A stretch of 63,164 nt of DNA, filler included, from Octopus bimaculoides (Eukaryota), in assembly GCF_001194135.2 (NCBI RefSeq). It is 8 parts of 8 records of this genome, joined end to end, with 100 filler letters (N's around TTAATTAATTAA, not from the genome) between each part and the next. Parts side by side here need not be neighbours in the genome. Positions count along the whole stretch, not along the records: positions 49,527 to 59,706 come from NC_068987.1; positions 59,807 to 61,838 come from NW_026409956.1; positions 61,939 to 63,164 come from NW_026435163.1; 5 more parts are not named here. One strand, given 5' to 3'. Each line of letters opens with the position of its first letter. Position 1 is the first letter of the stretch. Shown one piece after another: positions 51,700-63,164 of this stretch. The translations under genes and the position numbers were made by a program. The notes beneath the pieces are model-generated. The model worked only from the letters and a program-made list of their open reading frames with translations, was not told where the DNA came from and made no database searches.

Positions 51700-51960
51700 A
51701 TTGATATACCTGGTGATGCACGCATAGGTTACAAAGAGCTGGAAAAGGTGGACAAATACAAATTACTAAAAGACGAGATTGCAAGAATGTGGGCCATGAA
51801 GAGTGTAACTGTTATCCCAGTAGTTGTTGGGGCAGTGGGAGCACTAACGACTCAGTTCGAGAAATATGTCGGAGAAATTGGAATTGATATGAGGGCATGT
51901 CAAGCCCCAAAACGGCTTTATTGGGGACAACTAGGATTGGTACTTGGGTGTTGAGTATCT
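51700..51960 (+). mobile_element. R4/Dong-type RLE fragment 5
   Basis: IDIPGDARIGYKELEKVDKYKLLKDEIARMWAMKSVTVIPVVVGAVGALTTQFEKYVGEIGI. Confidence 0.85.
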
Positions 51961-52194
51961 TCAACGATAAGTTAGCATCCAGGTACCAAAGCTTGGAATT
52001 TGCAGAAAGAGACCCTTGTGAGACCTCCAACAACAGGTTGCTGGCCGAAGAATCAACCAGAGTGAATAAGACAGAGCGTTCTGAAAAATATAATATAGCA
52101 GTTCCCTATATTGTGACTGTAACAAGCGAAGCAATGAAGAGCCGATATCTGAATGCCTTTCCCGTTACTTTTATAACCAACGGTAGCTAAAATA

Positions 52195-52570
52195 TCCTTT
52201 CTACTGGAAGCACAAGGCCTCGAACTTGGGGAAGAGATTAATTTGATCACATCGATACCACTGCGTAACTGGTACTTATTTAATCGACCTCCGAAAGGAT
52301 GGAAGGCAAAGCCGACCTCAGCGGAATTTGAACTCGGATCGTAGCGACGGGCTTTTCTTTTCTGCTCTAGGCACAAGGCCTGAAATTTTGGGGGAGAGGG
52401 TCAGTTGATTAGATCGACCTCAGTACGTAACTGGTACTTAATTTATCGACCCCGAAAGGATGAAAAGCAAAGTTGACCTCGGCGGAATTTGAACTCAGAA
52501 CGTAGCGGCAGATGAAATATCACTAAGCATTTGGTCCGGCGTGTTAACGATTGTGCCAGCTCACCGCCTT
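52195..52570 (-). mobile_element. Head-to-tail dimer of SINE family B (full copy 52353-52570, 5'-truncated copy 52195-52352)
   Basis: cgaaaggatg(a/g)aa(a/g)gcaaag..gacctc.gcggaatttgaactc occurs twice; both copies end in ggccttgtgc(c/t)t on the minus strand. Confidence 0.9.
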
Positions 52571-52760
52571 AGGAGCAGTAGTCATAAAAATAATAATAAA
52601 CGAAGCAGTATCAACAATAACATCGTCTTGAAATGAGAAGATTAACTCTTCCTTTTATCAAACAGAATATATCGCCTTTGTATAGAAAAAGGCATATACA
52701 AGCGCGCATCTACGGGCACACGTATCTCTCATAAATGGACACACACACACACACACGCAT

Positions 52761-52802
<42 letters not shown>

Positions 52803-53307
52803 NNNNNNNNNNNNNNNNNNNNNNNNNNNNNNNNNNNNNNNNNNNNNNNNNNNNNNNNNNNNNNNNNNNNNNNNNNNNNNNNNNNNNNNNNNNNNNNNNN
52901 NNNNNNNNNNNNNNNNNNNNNNNNNNNNNNNNNNNNNNNNNNNNNNNNNNNNNNNNNNNNNNNNNNNNNNNNNNNNNNNNNNNNNNNNNNNNNNNNNNNN
53001 NNNNNNNNNNNNNNNNNNNNNNNNNNNNNNNNNNNNNNNNNNNNNNNNNNNNNNNNNNNNNNNNNNNNNNNNNNNNNNNNNNNNNNNNNNNNNNNNNNNN
53101 NNNNNNNNNNNNNNNNNNNNNNNNNNNNNNNNNNNNNNNNNNNNNNNNNNNNNNNNNNNNNNNNNNNNNNNNNNNNNNNNNNNNNNNNNNNNNNNNNNNN
53201 NNNNNNNNNNNNNNNNNNNNNNNNNNNNNNNNNNNNNNNNNNNNNNNNNNNNNNNNNNNNNNNNNNNNNNNNNNNNNNNNNNNNNNNNNNNNNNNNNNNN
53301 NNNNNNN

Positions 53308-53395
<88 letters not shown>

Positions 53396-55479
53396 TCTAC
53401 ATATATTTGAAATTAACAGAAAAACAAACTGGTGTATTAGTTTAACGCTCGGGAAGACAGCGTTCCTTGACTTCATGACTTGTAGAATGACTCTGAGAAC
53501 GGCGGTCTATTACTATTGCTAAGATAATGGTTGACAACAACAGTAATATCCCGTTTGAATAACTTTTGAATTGGTGGAGATGAGCAACGCCAGTCGCACT
53601 GGTCACGAAAGCTCCTCTCACGACCATAATCATATCAGTCCGTTGTAATTTCCTTCTCCTGCTGCCTGTCTCATGTATCGTAGGGGATGCTCCTGAAATC
53701 ATAATGTGTGTGTGTGTGTCGCTCCCTGACAAGCTGAGATCCACGTCGTTAGTTTGTCTTACTGCTGGCATTTTCTTCAGTAAAGAGAAACCGAAATTCT
53801 GGGATGCGAAAAACAATTGACGAAGAGGAGATGAAAAAATAATTATAATATCGCTTACTGAATCGAACCTCATGGCTGTTGTAAACTGTATGACCGAGTT
53901 AGCTACCACATCAAAGCAACCCCACCATTTTCACCATCTAAATTAGAAGCTTTAACCTGAAAAGTAAGATTGCTTGTAGCAGCAGCCTTTCAAGAATGAC
54001 TCCGTTTAGTATGAAAGTATTTATAGACAGATTGATGGAAATGTGTGATGTAAAGGCAAAAAGAAAACCGGAAGTTAAATCTGTCGAACATACCAAACCA
54101 TTTTATTACATCTTAATTTGTTGTTGACCTCCAAGCCTTTGGCAAAACTTGATGCAATGTCTGTGCGCGATGTGTTTGGTGAAAACGAAAATCCGACAAT
54201 CTGTAGGTGTAACAGGCAACAGCCGGAAACTGAAGCGGCCTACCTGCGCAGAAATGTTCACACATGCACAGAAAGAGTGGCGTCACCTCCAACCCAAAAG
54301 ATTCTGCCCACGCAACATTAGTTTTAGCGGGAAAAATAAAGTCGGATACTTTGCGAACGCACCTCGTATATATATATATATATNNNNNNNNNNNNNNNNN
54401 NNNNNNNNNNNNNNNNNNNNNNNNNNNNNNNNNNNNNNNNNNNNNNNNNNNNNNNNNNNNNNNNNNNNNNNNNNNNNNNNNNNNNNNNNNNNNNNNNNNN
54501 NNNNNNNNNNNNNNNNNNNNNNNNNNNNNNNNNNNNNNNNNNNNNNNNNNNNNNNNNNNNNNNNNNNNNNNNNNNNNNNNNNNNNNNNNNNNNNNNNNNN
54601 NNNNNNNNNNNNNNNNNNNNNNNNNNNNNNNNNNNNNNNNNNNNNNNNNNNNNNNNNNNNNNNNNNNNNNNNNNNNNNNNNNNNNNNNNNNNNNNNNNNN
54701 NNNNNNNNNNNNNNNNNNNNNNNNNNNNNNNNNNNNNNNNNNNNNNNNNNNNNNNNNNNNNNNNNNNNNNNNNNNNNNNNNNNNNNNNNNNNNNNNNNNN
54801 NNNNNNNNNNNNNNNNNNNTGTGTGTGTGTGTGTGTGTGTATACGATTTGAGTTAAACAATGATTACTAGTTTGGTCGAATAACTAAAGAATTCATGCAA
54901 TATTTTCGAGACGAAATTCAGTTGATAAGTACAATAAGAGATATACAGAATTAAAATGATTTGGGTTTTCAATAAAATGAATTGTAGAGTTCTTTCAAAT
55001 ATATTATGTTATATAGGATAGTGTAGGATGGAGTGTTGGTATTGATAAGAGAACAGAGGGAAATGTAATTTGTGGAAAATAATAAAAGCGAGTCTATGAA
55101 AATGTTAATTCATAGGAGATTGTTGTATTAGCAGAGATATTTGTGCGGTTAAATCTTATTATGTAGTCCTATGTGAATTTAGTGAGAAAGTTAGTAATAT
55201 GGCTGAGCAGATATTGCTTTCAAATACATGTGATTATAATGTATTTGATTACGTAATGTACTTCCATAGAGTGTAGTGTGGAAGAGACAATGTAATTTAT
55301 AACGTTGTGAGTGCTAGATTGGAAATTATTGGTATAATTTGGCTTGAAATTAAATTTATATTTATATTTAAAATGCTAATTGGTTATTAGTAGGTTGTGG
55401 GTGATCTAATATATATTTTAGTCATTTATTGTAAAATGTGAGATGAATAGAGATAGACTTTTCATCTTTCCCCAACAAT

Positions 55480-56070
55480 GCATCATTCACACGCAACCTA
55501 GACACCACACACCAAACCTGCAGCAACTCTACAAATGGAGACCATGAACGAATCCAATGAAGCTGTGCCAATCTTACCTCTTTTAACCAAAGGAAAGAAG
55601 ACCGCTCCCCACCAAAGAAAGAAAGAAAGAACACAAGCTCAGTTTATATCAAGAAAACGCTATCACACGTCACCCTACTAAACATAAGCAGCACTCAGTT
55701 ACAGTCTTAACGGTTGTTTCAAACGTTTTCCCTTACTATTACCAAGATCTTTCCTTAACAGAATTAGGACTGTATCTCCAAAGACTGGCTCGATTCTTGA
55801 GGGCCGCAAAATATTCCAGTCCCGATCAGTTCCCAATCCCCTTCAACACTCAAGTCAGACCCACAGTCGAGAACTGTTCTCACAACTGAAACGGTGCTGT
55901 TACAATGCACAGAAATCCAAGATGGCGTGCAGAGAAGAGTCACTCGGCTGTTTGATATTAAATAACAAACAGATACGCTTCAGCCTCTACCTTACAGGCA
56001 TGCTATCTTTTCTCTGTGTTTTTTCTCTCACTATTATAATAGCCTCCATTCTTCCCACCCGGCTGATTTC
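55480..56070 (+). mobile_element. CR1-group LINE, decayed C-terminal RT region
   Basis: RFLRAAKYSSPDQ..FNTQVRPTVENCSHN*NGA...DGVQRRVTRLF...DTLQPL fits the FL.R...Y...VRP.LEYCS..W...LE.VQRRA.RL signature. Confidence 0.7.
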
Positions 56071-56363
56071 TCACCCCTTCCACTAAATCAGTCTCCACCC
56101 ACTCACCTCTCCACCTCTCACCTCCCTTGTTGCATCAATCCCCACCCGGCCCCACATTCCTTCCTGTCTAGAAAATCGAACCTCCGGAATATCCTCCTGG
56201 TTCATGCCGTCCTTTTGTAATTTCTTAACCGGAACACAAACGGCATCAGCCTCACCATTCTTAGAAGACCTGCAAGAACCATAGATACTGGATACTTTTC
56301 TCCAAACTCAGCGATTAAAGATTATTTTTTAATCCATTAAACAGGCTTTTTCTACAGTTTAAC

Positions 56364-56522
56364 CAGCGATTCTCAATTGCGGCTCTAAGGGACTCATGCG
56401 GCCCTCAAGCATCTTTCCAGGGGTAATTTTCTTTAACTGTTTTGCATTTTTTTTGGTGTGGCCCCCTAAAAAAATTCAGGTTTTGGATCCGGCCCGGATA
56501 TTAAAATGATTGAAAACCACCG
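56364..56522. mobile_element. hAT-like MITE
   Basis: Imperfect TIRs CAGCGATTCTCAA / TTGAAAACCACCG with internal GCGGCCC and CCGGCCC motifs; no clean 8-bp target duplication. Confidence 0.45.
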
Positions 56523-57674
56523 GTTTCAATTCTTTTACTTCTCACTTATTGTACAACAATTGAACAAAAATTCCATTCACTTCTGTAAATTTATTAAGCG
56601 TCGTACTAAAAATCTATTTGCACATATTAATTTTATTTAATCCATATATTACACTAGCAAGCTCTATATAATTAATCTTATTAGACAGCCCAAATTAATT
56701 TAATTTTGTAAGTCTCTTATCGTTATACATATCAACTTAATTTAGTNNNNNNNNNNNNNNNNNNNNNNNNNNNNNNNNNNNNNNNNNNNNNNNNNNNNNN
56801 NNNNNNNNNNNNNNNNNNNNNNNNNNNNNNNNNNNNNNNNNNNNNNNNNNNNNNNNNNNNNNNNNNNNNNNNNNNNNNNNNNNNNNNNNNNNNNNNNNNN
56901 NNNNNNNNNNNNNNNNNNNNNNNNNNNNNNNNNNNNNNNNNNNNNNNNNNNNNNNNNNNNNNNNNNNNNNNNNNNNNNNNNNNNNNNNNNNNNNNNNNNN
57001 NNNNNNNNNNNNNNNNNNNNNNNNNNNNNNNNNNNNNNNNNNNNNNNNNNNNNNNNNNNNNNNNNNNNNNNNNNNNNNNNNNNNNNNNNNNNNNNNNNNN
57101 NNNNNNNNNNNNNNNNNNNNNNNNNNNNNNNNNNNNNNNNNNNNNNNNNNNNNNNNNNNNNNNNNNNNNNNNNNNNNNNNNNNNNNNNNNNNNNNNNNNN
57201 NNNNNNNNNNNNNNNNNNNNNNNNNNNNNNNNNNNNNNNNNNNNNNNNNNNNNNNNNNNNNNNNNNNNNNNNNNNNNNNNNNNNNNNNNNNNNNNNNNNN
57301 NNNNNNNNNNNNNNNNNNNNNNNNNNNNNNNNNNNNNNNNNNNNNNNNNNNNNNNNNNNNNNNNNNNNNNNNNNNNNNNNNNNNNNNNNNNNNNNNNNNN
57401 NNNNNNNNNNNNNNNNNNNNNNNNNNNNNNNNNNNNNNNNNNNNNNNNNNNNNNNNNNNNNNNNNNNNNNNNNNNNNNNNNNNNNNNNNNNNNNNNNNNN
57501 NNNNNNNNNNNNNNNNNNNNNNNNNNNNNNNNNNNNNNNNNNNNNNNNNNNNNNNNNNNNNNNNNNNNNNNNNNNNNNNNNNNNNNNNNNNNNNNNNNNN
57601 NNNNNNNNNNNNNNNNNNNNNNNNNNNNNNNNNNCTATTTATCTATCTATTTATTTATTTCTCTATCATTCAAA

Positions 57675-57705
<31 letters not shown>

Positions 57706-58448
57706 TATATACCTATCTACATAAATGCGTACAAACAAACATACATATACACACATACGCAGACCTACATTATAAAGTCTCACAAAGGGTTGAATAAGAA
57801 TGTGAACATATTTTTTTATGCTATTAATGTGCGAAAGTAGTATGTCAAAGGCATAAAAGTATTTACATTATTAACTCACAGGGAGGTTTCATAATATCTA
57901 TCTATCTATTTATCTAAAATTATAATATAGGGTATCTAAGAGATACCGCCACGCTGAAAATAACAGTCAAATCTTGACTCTAAACCACAATAAATGTTCA
58001 TATAGCACAAAGAGCGAAGACGAAGATAAAATAAACTAGCAAAAATACTGGATAATTCTAGATCCCGGATTTCTGGCTTTGCATAATAAATGCTTTGCCT
58101 TCATCAGTGGAATACACTCAGAAAAGCACATAAATACAAATATATATATATAAACATACAATATACTTACATATACGAACGTATACATACATATATATGC
58201 ACGTATGCACACGACCAGTTTAAATTGCCCGCCTAAAAACTCCTCGTGCGATATGGTCAGAATATCACCGCAGTAAATATAATGACAAAATAAATTTATA
58301 TAAATAAGGATAAGATCGATATTTAAAATATTGATTTTATCANNNNNNNNNNNNNNNNNNNNNNNNNNNNNNNNNNNNNNNNNNNNNNNNNNNNNNNNNN
58401 NNNNNNNNNNNNNNNNNNNNNNNNNNNNNNNNNNNNNNNNNNNNNNNN

Positions 58449-58485
<37 letters not shown>

Positions 58486-58493
58486 GTCAGTCA

Positions 58494-58548
<55 letters not shown>

Positions 58549-58591
58549 GGTCTCCCTTCTCTCTGTCTGTCTGTCTCTCTCTGTCTGTCTC

Positions 58592-58624
<33 letters not shown>

Positions 58625-58649
58625 GTGAATATGTATATATGTATAAAGG

Positions 58650-58901
58650 AGAGAACAAAGGTCTTTTCCGAGTCTTGTAGACTCATGAGGGCCGGTTTCC
58701 CGTTTTCCGTGGCGCATGTATTCCCCGCTGGACTGGACGCCAGTCCGTCGTAAGCGATTCCTCATTTTATCAGCTGAGTGGATTAGAGTAACGTGGAAGG
58801 GAAGATTTTGCTCAAAAGTACAACCTGTCGCCCGGTTCAGGAATCGAAACCACAATCATAGTAACGTGAGTCCAACACCCTAAGTAATAAGCCACGCGCC
58901 A
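58650..58901 (-). mobile_element. SINE family C (V-domain-like)
   Basis: Minus strand GGCGCGTGGCTTA...GATTGTGGTTTCGATTCC...CGACGGACTGGCGTCCAGTCCAGCGGGGAATACATGCGCCA...GAAACCGGCCCTCATGAG parallels 9029-9350. Confidence 0.8.
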
Positions 58902-59003
58902 CCACACACACACATACACACAGACATATAGTTTAGAAAGAGAGGAGAGAGTGTGTGTGTGAGAGAGGGGGGAGAGACAGTGTGTGTGTGTGTGTATGTG
59001 TGC

Positions 59004-59082
<79 letters not shown>

Positions 59083-59360
59083 GGCATGATACTGTCATAC
59101 GTCCACGAAACTGTAATGTAGAGCTGACTTAAACTGTTGTTAAATACACGTAATTCTAAACAAAAGCTCTGAGTTCTACTTTCTTTCGTATGTTCACTCA
59201 TTTGTATATCCATCTATCCATCCATCTATGTCTACCTTATTATAGGCATAAGTATAAATATATATATATATATAGGTATTGCAAATTTTAGAGGTAATAC
59301 TTGATAATTGTAAGCACCTGTATATGCCAGATAGTGGCGGAGGTGAAAGGATATATTAAA

Positions 59361-59706
59361 AGCGTAAAATTAAAACAGAACACAAAGGATTCCGCGGTAC
59401 ACGTGTTTCAAGCTTTATACCCAGACAGTCGTTGCATCATTATATGAGTATATAATTGATATACACGATGGTTTAAAGTTATCTTTAGCCGCAAATATAT
59501 TCTGTCCCAAGATTACATCACAAAGAAAAAATCACAAAGATCTTTGTGATTTTTTCTTGGGATAGAATATATTTGCGGCTAAAGATAACTTTAAACCATC
59601 GTGTATATCAATTATATACTCATATAATGATGCAACGACTGTCTGGGTATAAAGCTTGAAACACGTGTACCGCGGAATCCTTTGTGTTCTGTTTTAATTT
59701 TACGCT
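59361..59706. repeat. Near-perfect 346-bp palindrome ending at a contig edge
   Basis: Arms are exact reverse complements except one substitution and a ~13-bp insert near the centre; symmetry axis at AGA|TCT (59540/59541). Confidence 0.9.
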
Positions 59707-59806
59707 NNNNNNNNNNNNNNNNNNNNNNNNNNNNNNNNNNNNNNNNNNNNTTAATTAATTAANNNNNNNNNNNNNNNNNNNNNNNNNNNNNNNNNNNNNN
59801 NNNNNN

Positions 59807-61838
59807 GGAAGTCTCCAGGAAAGGATAAAATCTCTAACTTCTGGTTGAATGCCTTCACAGAGAGCGATGAACTGCTAACAAAACTTTACAATATTTTGCA
59901 ACAACCTAGTATGATTCCCTCTTAGCTAGTTAATGGTGTAACATTCCTACCTGCAAAAAATGAAGAAACAAATGAACCACAAAATTATAGACCCATAACC
60001 TGCTTAACAACAAATGTATAATAAGCTAACATTTGTCTTGACTGAATATACCTATTGTTTTTTAATAGAAAGTGGCATATTCCCTAATGAGCAAAAAAGA
60101 TGTAAACGTGGGTCCTATGGTTGCAAAGATCAGCTACTCATCAGTAAGATGATCTTGGAAGATTGTCACAAACGATACAAAACTTGTCGACAGCCTGGAT
60201 AGACTATAAAAAATAGCACCTACTCTGCGAAACGTTTGTCGTTGAGTATGAAATCATGGAGAACCACACTGACTTTGAATAGTGACAGTGAATCTCTTAA
60301 TGCTGGTGATGTAAGAATTCCATGTGGCATTTTCTAGAGCGGCTTTGTATCACCACTCCTCTTTTGTTTCGAAATTGCTTAATGATGTACAGTACGGTTA
60401 TAAAATATTTGACAAAAATATAAATCATCTCATTTACATGGATGANNNNNNNNNNAAAATATAAATCATCTCATTTACATGGATGATTTAATGCTCTTTG
60501 CAAAAGATGACTAACAACTACAGAGCTTACTAGCGATTGTTAAACAATTCAGTGAAGATATCAGGATGCAATTTTGCCTCAATAAATATGCAAAAGGAAA
60601 AGTTACAGAAGTATCTAACGTTGACTTTGACCAGCAGAATGTTTTAAAGGAGTTAGAACCAACGGTAAGCTACAAATACCTAGGGGTATTTGAAGGAGAC
60701 AGAATCAAACATTCAGTGATGAGGGAAAGCATCAGAAGAGAATGTTATCGCNNNNNNNNNNATCAAACATTCAGTGATGAGGGAAAGCATCAGAAGAGAA
60801 TGTTATCGCAGAGTAAGAGCAATACTCAAGACAGAACTGAATGCAAGAAACATGTTCGAAGTCATACCAGTCGTGACTTACAGTTTCAATAACATTAAGC
60901 GGTCAATTACTGAAATATGTAATCATGACAGAAAAATACGAAAATTGTTGACNNNNNNNNNNNNNNNNNNNNNNNNNNNNNNNNNNNNNNNNNNNNNNNN
61001 NNNNNNNNNNNNNNNNNNNNNNNNNNNNNNNNNNNNNNNNNNNNNNNNNNNNNNNNNNNNNNNNNNNNNNNNNNNNNNNNNNNNNNNNNNNNNNNNNNNN
61101 NNNNNNNNNNNNNNNNNNNNNNNNNNNNNNNNNNNNNNNNNNNNNNNNNNNNNNNNNNNNNNNNNNNNNNTCATACTCAGTAACAAAACAGGCAAAGGAA
61201 TATATAAGTGAATTCCAAATTCAACAAATTTCAGAATTAGACGTACTAGAAACAAGCAGAGAAAAAGCTAAGTGTATGAAAACCCGNNNNNNNNNNAGAA
61301 ACAAGCAGAGAAAAAGCTAAGTGTATGAAAACCCGTGCTAAAACTGCTGTCTTAAATATTCTTACTGATAAATTGCAAGAAAAACCTCTCAATTGCAAAT
61401 ACCCAAAGAGAGCTTTAATGCCGATGTTGACAAAACCCTTACATATCAATGGTTAATGGCTTCTGGCTTAAAATCAGAAACAGAGGGGTTTATCATNNNN
61501 NNNNNNNNNNNNNNNNNNNNNNNNNNNNNNNNNNNNNNNNNNNNNNNNNNNNNNNNNNNNNNNNNNNNNNNNNNNNNNNNNNNNNNNNNNNNNNNNNNNN
61601 NNNNNNNNNNNNNNNNNNNNNNNNNNNNNNNNNNNNNNNNNNNNNNNNNNNNNNNNNNNNNTTCTGGCTTAAAATCAGAAACAGAGGGGTTTATCATAGC
61701 AGCCCAAGATCGATGCCAACCTACAAGAAACTACAGGGCCAACATATTAAAGAAAGGCAGCTTCCCAACATTCGTGTATGTCAACAAGATGAAACCATTG
61801 ACCATGTTGTCTCCAAGTGCAGTCTTCTTGCGCCTACA
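59807..61838 (+). pseudogene. R4/Dong-type LINE ORF: reverse transcriptase, thumb and CCHC knuckle, decayed and gapped
   Basis: KSPGKDKISNFWL...NYRPITCL..MYNKLT...EQKRCKRGSYGCKDQLLI...AWIDYKK; GIF*SG..SPLLFC; NHLIYMDDLMLFAK; YKYLG; GLKSETEGFIIAAQD; RVCQQDETIDHVVSKC. Confidence 0.95.
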
Positions 61839-61938
61839 NNNNNNNNNNNNNNNNNNNNNNNNNNNNNNNNNNNNNNNNNNNNTTAATTAATTAANNNNNN
61901 NNNNNNNNNNNNNNNNNNNNNNNNNNNNNNNNNNNNNN

Positions 61939-62512
61939 TACTGGTCATGCTTCAAGAACCCTGCGAAGAATTCTTACAGTTCCAAGCATTGCTGATTTTC
62001 GTAGGTGTCCTACCTTCACACTTGCACCGGCCTTTTTCAGCCATGCTGGTACTTGAACGCTGATACTTCCAAGTGGACCAATTATCATTGGTACCACGTC
62101 TACTCTCCTCATTCACTACACCCTTCGTATTTCTCACTTCAAATCGTCATAGTTATTTACCGTTCCTTTTTCTTTCTTTTCGATCCTGTTGTCACTGGGG
62201 CATACTATGTTGATTATCATACATGCTTTTTCTTTTTTATTCACCACAACAATGTCCAATTTCCAATATCTACTCAAATGATTGCCATTCTCATCCTCGG
62301 TGACTCTTTCCAGGGTTTGCTCATACTACGTCTTTGATCTTTGTAGGCTGTGGTTTCCACAGAGCTCCCAATGGATCATTCTTGCCACATTGTCTTGGCG
62401 TCTTTTGTATTTGCATTGTGCCAATTTCTGGCATTCATTAACAATGTGCTATACCGTTTCACCCCTATTACCACTCATTCTGCATTTGTCTCTGTCTGTT
62501 CTGCACATCACG
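61939..62512 (-). mobile_element. R4/Dong-type fragment: knuckle to end of RLE, with (TAA)n at its 5' flank
   Basis: DKCRM..RGETV*HIVNECQKLAQCKYKRRQDNVARMIHWELC...DIVVVNKKEKACMII..CPSD...YDDLK..VPMIIGPLG...KSAMLGTVRILRRVLEA*. Confidence 0.9.
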
Positions 62513-62514
62513 TA

Positions 62515-62589
<75 letters not shown>

Positions 62590-62710
62590 GCCTTTTCACA
62601 GCTTCTAACGCTGGAGATGTACTACAGTGTCAGCTGTTCACTACCAGTGAACTAAGGTAACACCTCTTACTTTTCGAGCACCTTCCGGAGTATTCGAGCG
62701 GTTCCAACCA

Positions 62711-62711
<1 letters not shown>
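62590..62711 (-). mobile_element. Very short R4/Dong-type 3' end inserted in (TAA)n
   Basis: LVGTARILRKVLEK*, a ~75-bp UTR, then (AAT)n; TAA repeats on both sides. Confidence 0.85.
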
Positions 62712-62741
<30 letters not shown>

Positions 62742-63164
62742 GCATCGGCCAATATTTACTGCGTTATTGCTGTCTGAAACTTCTTCCTTCCCAAATCCGG
62801 TCAACGAACAAGAAAATGAATAACACGAGAAGGGTTCACTGGTTTAGCTTAACGGAATGTATTTTAATCTCGCTGATGGACATAAACACGTATCTAATTC
62901 ACAGTACGTAAGATTAACAACAACAACAACAACAACAAAAATAACAACATCTACAACAACAACGACGACGATGACAACAACAACAACAACAACAACAACA
63001 ACAGCAGCAGCAGCAGCAATTGCAAGAATAATATCACTTAGGACATCTACCATACAACAACAACGGACGGCAATAAAATTGACAAAAGCAACAAATAACA
63101 ACAACAACAACAACAAATAATAATAATAATAATAATAATAATAGTAATAATAATAATAATGATA

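Noticed and set aside
60410-61700. Short duplications across small gaps within the RT pseudogene (around 60415/60456, 60705/60762, 61250/61298, 61462/61662)
   Set aside because: Contig-end overlaps separated by Ns; assembly artefacts.
59807-62512. Idea that 61939-62512 is the flipped continuation of the RT element ending at 61838
   Set aside because: The two overlap in the knuckle region with different sequences (ETIDHVVSKC versus ETV*HIVNEC), so they are different subfamilies, and they are separated by an unverified join.

Overview
Gap-ridden, AT-rich animal genomic DNA dominated by microsatellites and decayed transposable elements. The repeat content most resembles an octopus/coleoid cephalopod assembly; that is inference from recalled SINE families, not a database result. 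No host protein-coding gene can be called with confidence. Almost all ORFs in the track are microsatellite or N-run artefacts, and the recognisable peptides are transposon relics: many R4/Dong-type restriction-like-endonuclease (RLE) LINE fragments including one long decayed RT region, HERO-like, RTE, CR1-like and Penelope-like fragments, a Helitron Rep/helicase, and mariner and Tc1 transposases. There are also at least four tRNA-derived SINE families and several fold-back/MITE elements. No rRNA, intact tRNA gene or CRISPR array was seen. The most system-like signal is a set of distinct RLE retroelements and short non-coding derivatives that sit in (AAT)n tracts with consistent polarity, including five different 3' fragments stacked in 1.7 kb at 50.3-52.0 kb. 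(TAA)n targeting is already known for Dong elements, so any novelty lies in the stacking and the non-autonomous partners. Other oddities: an 85-bp duplication flanking a SINE, three adjacent long hairpin elements, SINEs with inverted 5' halves, and a 19-bp minisatellite with a 190-bp higher-order period. Seven N44-TTAATTAATTAA-N44 blocks are assembly join markers, so adjacency across them is unverified.
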